A stretch of DNA of 20,000 nucleotides from an uncultured virus (IMG/VR IMGVR_UViG_3300047319_001119). Its lineage: Duplodnaviria > Heunggongvirae > Uroviricota > Caudoviricetes. Position numbers and translations under genes: made by a program. The notes below the pieces were generated by a model that was not told where the DNA came from, did no database searches, and saw nothing but the letters and a program-made list of their open reading frames with translations. The DNA is taken from IMG/VR virus record IMGVR_UViG_3300047319_001119. One strand, given 5' to 3'. Shown here piece by piece: positions 1 through 6,603 of the stretch (the stretch's first letter is position 1; the number at the start of each line of letters is the position of its first letter).

Positions 1-75
1 TTGGACGGTGACTCTAACGACGACGAACACGACGCCCTGGTGCAGCTCGTGGAAGCCGTGGAGCAAGGCCAGTGA
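1..75 (+). CDS. 3' end of an acidic hypothetical protein (partial, ...LDGDSNDDEHDALVQLVEAVEQGQ*)
   Basis: Frame 1 is open from the window edge to TGA at 73-75, which overlaps the GTG of the next gene (GTGA). Confidence 0.6.
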   Translation: MDGDSNDDEHDALVQLVEAVEQGQ

Positions 76-395
76 AATACGAAATCGACACAGTCGAATC
101 GAATTGCACCGGCTACCTGATTGCGGTGGACAAGTCAGGAAGGCATCACCGGCTATTGGGTCTGGCGATCTGCCAGAGCGTATGCGTGACAATCGAAAGC
201 CGGTTCCACTACTTCAAAACCAAAGGCGACGATTGCATCGTGCGCTTCGACATTCCGCGCAAAGCCAAAGAGGGCGAACCGACGCTCGAAACGCGGCTGG
301 AATTGTCCCAAGCGTGGCTATCGGCTGAAATGAGTCGCCTCGGAGCGTTGCAAGACGATCTGGACACCTTGGCGAAAGCGAGGGCCAACCAATGA
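72..395 (+). CDS. Hypothetical phage protein, 107 aa
   Basis: GTGA-coupled to the upstream stop and ATGA-coupled to the downstream gene; protein-like composition. Confidence 0.75.
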   Translation: MKYEIDTVESNCTGYLIAVDKSGRHHRLLGLAICQSVCVTIESRFHYFKTKGDDCIVRFDIPRKAKEGEPTLETRLELSQAWLSAEMSRLGALQDDLDTLAKARANQ

Positions 396-784
396 GCCGC
401 AAAAAATCATGCGCTGGCGTATATGTGGAAGATCACTATCCGGTTGGCGCTTTCGACACATCGAAGGCGAAAACGGTGAAGCCGCTAAAACACAAGGATC
501 TCCTGCTGGCCGAAGTGGAGAAGTTTGTCAGGAAGGGTAAAACCGCGCAGAAGGCCGTCGAGAAGATCACAAAGCATTTCGGCGGCCCAACCACCAGCAT
601 CAGGCTAACAGCGCCGGAACGGGACACGATCCTCGCGGCGCTGCGCCACTGGCAAAACCGAACCTGCTCGTTGAAGCAGCGCACACAAATGCGCGACATC
701 GAGCTAATCTCAACCAACGGCGGCGAGCATCCGGCGCTCACCAGCCCGCAAATCAACGCGCTTTGCGCGGATCTCAACCGATGA
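392..784 (+). CDS. Hypothetical phage protein, 130 aa
   Basis: ATGA overlaps at both ends (392-395, 781-784). Confidence 0.75.
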   Translation: MSRKKSCAGVYVEDHYPVGAFDTSKAKTVKPLKHKDLLLAEVEKFVRKGKTAQKAVEKITKHFGGPTTSIRLTAPERDTILAALRHWQNRTCSLKQRTQMRDIELISTNGGEHPALTSPQINALCADLNR

Positions 785-939
785 AAACCTACCAGATCGC
801 GGAGTGCTGCCTGTATGAGGTCGATGCGAACGACGCCGAGGAAGCGGAGTTCATTTTCCTCAACGCCGACAAAATCAATGAGTTCTTCGTGGCGGTCGAA
901 GATCGGGACATTACGGAGAAAAAAGATGAAAACCTATAG
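781..939 (+). CDS. Small acidic hypothetical protein, 52 aa (MKTYQIAECCLYEVDANDAEEAEF...), absent from the ORF track
   Basis: Translated by hand: ATG 781 overlaps the upstream TGA, TAG at 937-939, fills the gap; 15 D/E versus 5 K/R. Confidence 0.7.
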   Translation: MKTYQIAECCLYEVDANDAEEAEFIFLNADKINEFFVAVEDRDITEKKDENL

Positions 940-1159
940 GGTCTGGATCGAAGTCGAGGAATACGACGACGAGAAAGACGAGTACCGAAACTGTGACGGC
1001 CTCGGCGGTGCTGAGGTCGTCACGCTACCAACCGAACAAGAGGCGATTGGCTTTGCCGAGCGCCTTCAACAAATGGGCGAGATTCTCGCCTCACTGGACA
1101 GAACAAGAAAGGAAACCAATGCAATTAAACGACAAGATCGCGCTGAAAAAACTGCGTGA
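926..1159 (+). CDS. Small acidic hypothetical protein, 77 aa (MKTYRVWIEVEEYDDEKDEY...)
   Basis: Start moved from 815 to ATG 926, preceded by GGAG at about 916-919; overlaps the end of the previous gene. Confidence 0.75.
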   Translation: MKTYRVWIEVEEYDDEKDEYRNCDGLGGAEVVTLPTEQEAIGFAERLQQMGEILASLDRTRKETNAIKRQDRAEKTA

Positions 1160-1574
1160 AGTAATTGAGGCGCAACTGAGCGCCGTAGTGGAAACTCTCG
1201 GGCTGGAGTCGCTCAAAACGGGCAACATCAGCTACGACGCGAGCGGAACCGAAGCGAAGATCCAAGTGATCGCCAAAGCGAAACGCGAGGACGGCAGGAT
1301 CAAGGAAGAAATCGACTACGAGAAGTACGCCGAAATGTTCGGGCTCAAACTCGATTGGCTGCACATGTCCTACCGTCGCCAGAACGGCGAAACGGTGGAG
1401 ATCCTCGGGCTTTGCCCGAACAGGAGCAAGTTCCCGGTTTTGGTCGTGAACACCAAGACCAACAAGCGATTCCTGCTCACGATCGAGGAAGTGCAGAAAA
1501 AACTCGGTGGCGTGAAGGTCGTGCCAATGGAATCCACGCTTGAGCTGGTCCCGCCACCACCGAGGACAAGCTGA
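1119..1574 (+). CDS. Hypothetical phage protein, 151 aa (MQLNDKIALKK...)
   Basis: AAAGGA RBS upstream of ATG 1119; TGATG overlap with the next gene. Confidence 0.75.
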   Translation: MQLNDKIALKKLREVIEAQLSAVVETLGLESLKTGNISYDASGTEAKIQVIAKAKREDGRIKEEIDYEKYAEMFGLKLDWLHMSYRRQNGETVEILGLCPNRSKFPVLVVNTKTNKRFLLTIEEVQKKLGGVKVVPMESTLELVPPPPRTS

Positions 1575-1801
1575 TGTGGATCGCAATCAACCATTCCATC
1601 GAGGACGCAATCAGCTCCAACATGGATACCATCTTCGCGGTCAAGATCGCGTACGAAAACGCCAGCGAGCCGATAGCGAATCTGGCCGAAATCTCGCTAC
1701 GCGGGACGCTCGTTCGAGCCAACTCGCTGGACACCGAGCTGCGCGCTTTCGCGCTGGCGATCGCACCGATGGTCAAACTAGAAAGGGAGAACCAAGAATG
1801 A
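1574..1801 (+). CDS. Hypothetical protein, 75 aa
   Basis: TGATG coupling upstream, ATGA coupling downstream, GAGGA RBS. Confidence 0.7.
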   Translation: MWIAINHSIEDAISSNMDTIFAVKIAYENASEPIANLAEISLRGTLVRANSLDTELRAFALAIAPMVKLERENQE

Positions 1802-1986
1802 CTAGCCAAGAACTGATCGACAAATACGTGGATAAAAAAGCGATGTGGCTGGCCGTCGAAATTTGGGTGCCGGTCAACACGCTGGATGTTCGACAAGCCT
1901 TCGGGCGGATCGACGTAAGAATCACGCCAATCGGCGGGAAAGGCGAAATGTGGGTTGCCTCAGACGCGCTCAAATATACGGTCTGA
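1798..1986 (+). CDS. Hypothetical protein, 62 aa (MTSQELIDKY...), beta-rich, possibly SH3-like
   Basis: AGGGAG RBS and ATGA overlap; last gene before the terminator. The fold is a guess. Confidence 0.7.
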   Translation: MTSQELIDKYVDKKAMWLAVEIWVPVNTLDVRQAFGRIDVRITPIGGKGEMWVASDALKYTV

Positions 1987-2008
1987 GCTAGGCATAAAGT
2001 GGAAATTG

Positions 2009-2037
2009 GGCGTCTGGCGCGAGTCAGACGCCTTTTT
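2009..2037 (+). terminator. Rho-independent terminator at the convergence of the + and - gene runs
   Basis: Stem GGCGTCTGGC / GCGA (GNRA) loop / GTCAGACGCC (10 bp, one G-U) followed by TTTTT. Confidence 0.85.
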
Positions 2038-2079
2038 CGCGTAATTGGGCTTTCGAGGATGCCCGTAGAATCGTCGCAA

Positions 2080-2391
2080 TTACTTTTCCGCTGTCTCGTC
2101 ACCGGTCGCATCAGGGAAAAACGTCCGGCGCACGTGTGCAGCCACGGCGTCGTCGATATGAGTACACCATTGACGCACCGAGAAGCCTTTACACGGACAG
2201 GTCGGGGATCGCTGCGGCGTTTCGATCAGTGGCCGAATATCGACGTCGTAATGCTCGCCTGGTGCGGAAGCCGATTCTACCCGGTAGAAGCCGTTGCCGA
2301 GGTACTCGACTTCGTGTCGGAGCTTGGGGAATTTGCGCTGAATGGCGACGGTAGGCATCGCAGTTTTGTGTTTGCCACGTTGAAGCGCCAT
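2080..2391 (-). CDS. SWIM-type zinc finger protein (start may be at 2358)
   Basis: YRVES...YDVDI...CPCKGFSVRQWCTHI matches the SWIM CxC-xn-CxH pattern with preceding beta strands. Confidence 0.75.
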   Translation of the reverse strand: MALQRGKHKTAMPTVAIQRKFPKLRHEVEYLGNGFYRVESASAPGEHYDVDIRPLIETPQRSPTCPCKGFSVRQWCTHIDDAVAAHVRRTFFPDATGDETAEK

Positions 2392-2807
2392 CGCAACTCA
2401 TGTTTATCAGCCCAGCTCCAATATCGCCAGAGCAAACCGGAGATCCGCGGCGAGCAAACGAACAGAAGCCCGCTACGCATCGAGGCTTTCTTGGCGAAAT
2501 CGATTCCACGGTTGCGTACGTGCACAACGAACTGCATCCGCACGATCCGGCGCATCCGCCATGCTCGAGTCCACCAGTGCGTTTTCTGCGCGCGCGTGAA
2601 GCGATAAACGTAATCCTGTAAGAGCTTCATGGCCTTGAGTTCCTCAATGAACGGCTCGTAACACTGTTTTCGGACCAGAAACCGCTTGGCAACGAAGGTC
2701 TGGCGCAGCGATTCGTCGATCGCGCCGGTTATCTCGATGGTTTGCAGGCGCGCGAAGTGGTCCTCAACGCCGCAGCCGCAGTCGCAGAGCATCTTGCCGG
2801 CGCTCAT
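2277..2807 (-). CDS. Hypothetical basic, Trp/Arg-rich protein (MSAGKMLCDCGCG...), 176 aa
   Basis: ATG 2807 overlaps the upstream stop (ATGA); N-terminal CxCGCG; the Ser-rich tail overlaps the SWIM gene. Confidence 0.6.
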   Translation of the reverse strand: MSAGKMLCDCGCGVEDHFARLQTIEITGAIDESLRQTFVAKRFLVRKQCYEPFIEELKAMKLLQDYVYRFTRAQKTHWWTRAWRMRRIVRMQFVVHVRNRGIDFAKKASMRSGLLFVCSPRISGLLWRYWSWADKHELRWRFNVANTKLRCLPSPFSANSPSSDTKSSTSATASTG

Positions 2808-3151
2808 TGACCGAGGTCGCGCAGGATCTCGACCGTATTGAAATCGAAGTTGGGAACGGTCAGGATTTTCCCATCGGGGAACGTGACCTGCCATTCGTGG
2901 TCGTAGATCCCTTCCTGTTGCACATCGTCTGCGGTTGGCTGGTATTCGACGTTGCCAAGAGTGGGATCTCCTGCGATTGCACCGACGCGAATGAGAGTCA
3001 GGTCGCTACCCGGCGAACGGCCGCGACGGCGCATCAGGAACTTGATCGTCGAGCCGGTGAGATTCACAGGCACTCCGTCAAGCGTCAGGGTGTCGATGAA
3101 TTTCCCCTTGGTATCGTTGCGTTTGATTTTGATGCTAGTCAACGTAGGCAA
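2804..3151 (-). CDS. Stand-alone BppU N-terminal-like (baseplate upper/fibre attachment) Ig-like domain, 115 aa
   Basis: Pattern IKRNDT...DGVPVNLTG.TIKFLM...G.VEY.....D....G.Y..E.QVTFPDG...T.P is typical of the BppU_N family; TTG start. Confidence 0.7.
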   Translation of the reverse strand: MPTLTSIKIKRNDTKGKFIDTLTLDGVPVNLTGSTIKFLMRRRGRSPGSDLTLIRVGAIAGDPTLGNVEYQPTADDVQQEGIYDHEWQVTFPDGKILTVPNFDFNTVEILRDLGQ

Positions 3152-4562
3152 GGTTGCCGTCCGCGCGCTGCTTTATCAAGCTCGAAATGGCCTGTTGCGT
3201 TGCGAGCTGGCAGTCGGCTACCGGTATAACGAGCAGGGAATCGGCTATCGGGACCGCCAGAGCGCCGTCGGTAACGACGTTGCGGAAGGTGCCAGCCGCA
3301 ATCGAGCCGTGCAAGTGGGACACGACCGGTAGATTTCCGGTAGGAAACGGTAGGAGATAAAGAAACGGACCAGCCAGCCGCAATCCTACTGTCAACTCGC
3401 TGAGGTGCAGGAAGTCGACAGTAGACCGGAGCCGATCAGCGCCTTCACGTTCAAGGAAGTCCGTGACAACGAGCAGTTCGGAGAGCGAACGGTGCAGGCC
3501 GAGTGTCCGCGACGCCGTACAGGTCACTGTGAGCGCGTCCTGAGCCGTTACAACGCGCGATTGGATTCGGGAAACGACTTCTGAGGTGTGCAGGCTTTCG
3601 GTGGCGAACCTTGAAAGCTGTACGGTGGAACTTGCGCTGGCGGTTTCGCTGATAACCAGAGCGTCAACGGCAAAGCGCACAAGATGCGCGGGCGCGATGA
3701 CTGACACGGACTCCGAAATATGCAGCATCTCGGAAGCGACCCGAGCGTTTCCAAAAACCGGACTGACCGATTGAGTGAACGTGAGCGCGTCAGAGGACGA
3801 GCGCAGGGCGCTCAGTAGTCTTGCGACACTCTGTACGATGAGGAGCGAATCAGTGGCCGAGCGCGCTGTGACCTTGGCTTTAGACGCAACTTCGGCAACC
3901 GACAGGGACTCGGCAGCGGTGCGATTAGTCGCAATGCCGCGCGTCAGGTTCTCGCTGACCGTGAGCGCGTCAGTGGCCAAAGCTGGCTTAGTCGATCGGG
4001 CGACTTCACTGATTGTGAGCGCATCGGTGGCAGAGCGGAAAACCGTCTTGGAAACCGAAACGACTTCGCTGATCGTGAGCGCGTCAGTGGCAACGCCGGA
4101 AATTCCCCAGGCGAACACCAGTTGCAGGGGATCGTAATACCCGAAGTTGGACGCTCCTTGGTTGTAGAGGATCGTGCCGGCGCTAGCGGGCAAAACCAAA
4201 GTCGGCGCAACGCCAAAAGCGTATTTGATCGGCTGGGATCCGCGCGCCTCGAATACGCCAAGCGGAGAAACGCCGACGCCGGGATTCAACTGCGTGTCGC
4301 CGCTCAGGGTTGTTTTGAAGATCGTCGAGGGACCGGCCACGCTGGCCGTTGTCGTGACGCTCAACGTTTCAGTGACCCTGAAAAACTTGGTGTTCCTGAT
4401 CGACTCCGAGGTCGAGAGCGCGTCGAACGCTTTGGCTGCGAGTTTGGAAGCCGATGCCGAAAGAGAAGCTGTGAGCGATTCGGTCGCCTTGGCCGCGATC
4501 CCGAGCCTAGAAGAATCCGCGAAGCTCGGCGCGTCGGTGGTCGTTCTGATCACAGCAGCCAT
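3135..4562 (-). CDS. Putative virion fibre protein 2 with ~20-aa RxATDALTISE repeats, 475 aa
   Basis: ATG 4562 lies 1 nt after the upstream TGA; repeats such as RSATDALTISEVA and RTAAESLSVAEVA; structural-gene context; YLLPFPTGN near the C terminus. Confidence 0.7.
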   Translation of the reverse strand: MAAVIRTTTDAPSFADSSRLGIAAKATESLTASLSASASKLAAKAFDALSTSESIRNTKFFRVTETLSVTTTASVAGPSTIFKTTLSGDTQLNPGVGVSPLGVFEARGSQPIKYAFGVAPTLVLPASAGTILYNQGASNFGYYDPLQLVFAWGISGVATDALTISEVVSVSKTVFRSATDALTISEVARSTKPALATDALTVSENLTRGIATNRTAAESLSVAEVASKAKVTARSATDSLLIVQSVARLLSALRSSSDALTFTQSVSPVFGNARVASEMLHISESVSVIAPAHLVRFAVDALVISETASASSTVQLSRFATESLHTSEVVSRIQSRVVTAQDALTVTCTASRTLGLHRSLSELLVVTDFLEREGADRLRSTVDFLHLSELTVGLRLAGPFLYLLPFPTGNLPVVSHLHGSIAAGTFRNVVTDGALAVPIADSLLVIPVADCQLATQQAISSLIKQRADGNLAYVD

Positions 4563-4563
4563 T

Positions 4564-4866
4564 TCAGGTGAACAGGATTGGAGCGCCGCCACTGGTCAGT
4601 GACACGCGGAGCTTGGTTGTGGTGAGGCCAACGGCCAAAACAAAGTATTGGCCGTTGAAGTCGAGCTGGGGCGGAAGCGCGCCGCCTTGAACGCTGAACC
4701 GGACGAGCTGATCGGCAACAAGGCCGTGAACAACTTTAACGGTTATGTCGCCGGTTCCGTCAGTCGCAAAAGAGCAGGAACCAATGAGGGCATTGAGAAG
4801 TCCCACCGCCGCATACCCAGCATTGGGCATCTGGTCGGCGCGAAGCTGGAATACGCGAAGCGCCAT
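4564..4866 (-). CDS. Small virion-associated beta-domain protein, 100 aa
   Basis: HGLVADQLVRFS..GGALP..L..N.QYFV......KLRVSLTSGGAPI resembles the FCCH-like beta module recurring in phage structural proteins. Confidence 0.65.
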   Translation of the reverse strand: MALRVFQLRADQMPNAGYAAVGLLNALIGSCSFATDGTGDITVKVVHGLVADQLVRFSVQGGALPPQLDFNGQYFVLAVGLTTTKLRVSLTSGGAPILFT

Positions 4867-4867
4867 G

Positions 4868-5749
4868 TCATGTGATTGCCAAGAACAAACATTGCGTGCC
4901 AGTAACTCCCCCTATCGGCCCGTGGGTAATCGTCATCCAGGTATGGCCGTCCAAGGACACGCTGGATTCTCCTGTCCAAAACCCGTTGATGATTACCGCG
5001 TCGTAGAGTTGGCCTTTGAGTTTCGCCTCCGCTGACACCGAAGTAGATCCCCACGAAAGAAAACACTCATAGATAGGCAGATGACCGCTGACCCAGCGAT
5101 AAGCGTTATCCGAACTTTGGTTACCTGATTGCTGAACAGCAGCCGAAAAATCGCCCGTGCCGGTAAAACCTCCTGATTGGCCAAAAGAGTTCCCTTGATA
5201 AATTGCCCACCAAGGCGTCGTAAAAGTATTCTGCACCCGCAGAGTTAAGCGTCCCCAGCTTCGAGTGGTCGCGTCGGTGTCGCTACTGCCAGCGTGCGCC
5301 ATCCAACCAACCGGATCGGTCGGCTGGATATTGAGAAAGGTCGGCGTCCAGAGTGTTCCGCCGTACACATAATGCCGCGCTCCTTGCGCGTTGGAGTTAC
5401 CCGAAGCGAACGCGAAGAAGTGGAACTTGTTGGCGATAACACGCCACAACCCAACGCCAGCAGAAGGCAGGCAGTAGGCGATCTGCGAAGTCGCAGTTTC
5501 AGCCACGTTCTTCATCGTCACCTGGGCACAATTTCCGCTACCGGGATCCAAGAACCGAAACCGGATTTTACTGCCCGCGTTTTGGGCTGCGCTTTCCAGC
5601 TTTACGTCCGAGCCGGAGCCGGGAGTGCCGCTGATCGTGGTCCAACCGGCGTCCGAAAGTGCCTGCGTCACGGCATTGACCCAATCGGCCCGCGTAAGCG
5701 AAGTGAACTGCCGGTTGATAAGTGCGCCGCCTGAATACTGGATGCTCAT
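4868..5749 (-). CDS. Putative virion structural protein, paralogue B, 293 aa
   Basis: ATGA coupling; shares IQYSGG, SDAGWTTISGTPGSGSDV.LESAAQN, WR.IANKF, GQLYDA and SLDGHTW with the adjacent gene. Confidence 0.75.
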   Translation of the reverse strand: MSIQYSGGALINRQFTSLTRADWVNAVTQALSDAGWTTISGTPGSGSDVKLESAAQNAGSKIRFRFLDPGSGNCAQVTMKNVAETATSQIAYCLPSAGVGLWRVIANKFHFFAFASGNSNAQGARHYVYGGTLWTPTFLNIQPTDPVGWMAHAGSSDTDATTRSWGRLTLRVQNTFTTPWWAIYQGNSFGQSGGFTGTGDFSAAVQQSGNQSSDNAYRWVSGHLPIYECFLSWGSTSVSAEAKLKGQLYDAVIINGFWTGESSVSLDGHTWMTITHGPIGGVTGTQCLFLAIT

Positions 5750-6603
5750 GGGATTACCAATGCCAGTTGCGCGGTCGCGCTAGAGTTGATCTGCGGTGAA
5801 TCGGTTACGACCAGCCAGGTGTGGCCGTCCAAAGAAAAAGTCGATTCGCTGACGAGTGTCGCGCCCATGATGACAGCAGCATCGTAAAGCTGGCCGATAA
5901 TCTTCTGTTCTCCATCAGTTGGGACAGAACCCGCAACCAGCGGCTCAATGACAGGCAACGAACCATCTTCCCAGCGCCACGCTTGATCATTCTGTTGATA
6001 GCCGCCCTGCCAAGTCGGTATAAACAGACCAGACGCCGCAGTCACCGTCCAAGTGTAATACGAGATTCCCAAAATAATGCTCGATTGCGGACCTTGACCG
6101 TACGGCCTACACGAACCGTGCCAACCCAGTCGACCCGAACCGTCGCCGTCAGAGCTTCCGCAAGCGGTACAGAAACCAACAGCGTCCCCGCTGACGATCC
6201 CTGTGAACGCTGGCATATAAAGCGTGCCACAGTGAATCCAGCCTCGCGGCGTTGTCCGGTTAGCTCCTCCGGTCATAAAAGTGTGAAAAGCGAATTTGTT
6301 AGCAATGATTCGCCAAGTATTAAGCGGTTGGCAGTAGCCGAAAGTGCTGTCGGTTGTTCCTGTCAAAGCGCGCATCGCGAATGCCGCGCAAAAAGAAGCG
6401 CCTAGATTGCAATGCACCCTGATCTTGGCGCCCAAGTTTTGCGCTGCGCTTTCAAGAATAACGTCGCTCCCGCTCCCCGGCGTCCCGCTGATGGTCGTCC
6501 AGCCCGCGTCGGAAATCGCCTGCGTAACGTTGTCGAGCAGATTCTGCCGGCTGGACGGCGTGAACGTCCGGTGGATGATTGTGCCTCCTGAGTACTGGAT
6601 CAT
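5746..6603 (-). CDS. Putative virion structural protein, paralogue A, 285 aa
   Basis: ATGA coupling; clear paralogue of 4868-5749; Gly/Thr/Ser/aromatic-rich beta composition. Confidence 0.75.
   Translation of the reverse strand: MIQYSGGTIIHRTFTPSSRQNLLDNVTQAISDAGWTTISGTPGSGSDVILESAAQNLGAKIRVHCNLGASFCAAFAMRALTGTTDSTFGYCQPLNTWRIIANKFAFHTFMTGGANRTTPRGWIHCGTLYMPAFTGIVSGDAVGFCTACGSSDGDGSGRLGWHGSCRPYGQGPQSSIILGISYYTWTVTAASGLFIPTWQGGYQQNDQAWRWEDGSLPVIEPLVAGSVPTDGEQKIIGQLYDAAVIMGATLVSESTFSLDGHTWLVVTDSPQINSSATAQLALVIP

Noticed and set aside
1999..2607. 202-aa + strand ORF
   Set aside because: Runs through the terminator and lies antisense to the SWIM gene; Arg-rich shadow composition.
4540..4600. 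Possible frameshift joining the 100-aa gene to fibre 2
   Set aside because: A clean TGA-A-ATG junction gives fibre 2 its own start at 4562; no slippery sequence is evident.
4868..6603. Paralogue pair as a diversity-generating retroelement TR/VR pair or invertible cassette
   Set aside because: Differences are mainly synonymous and not adenine-specific; both are in the same orientation; no reverse transcriptase or invertase in the window.
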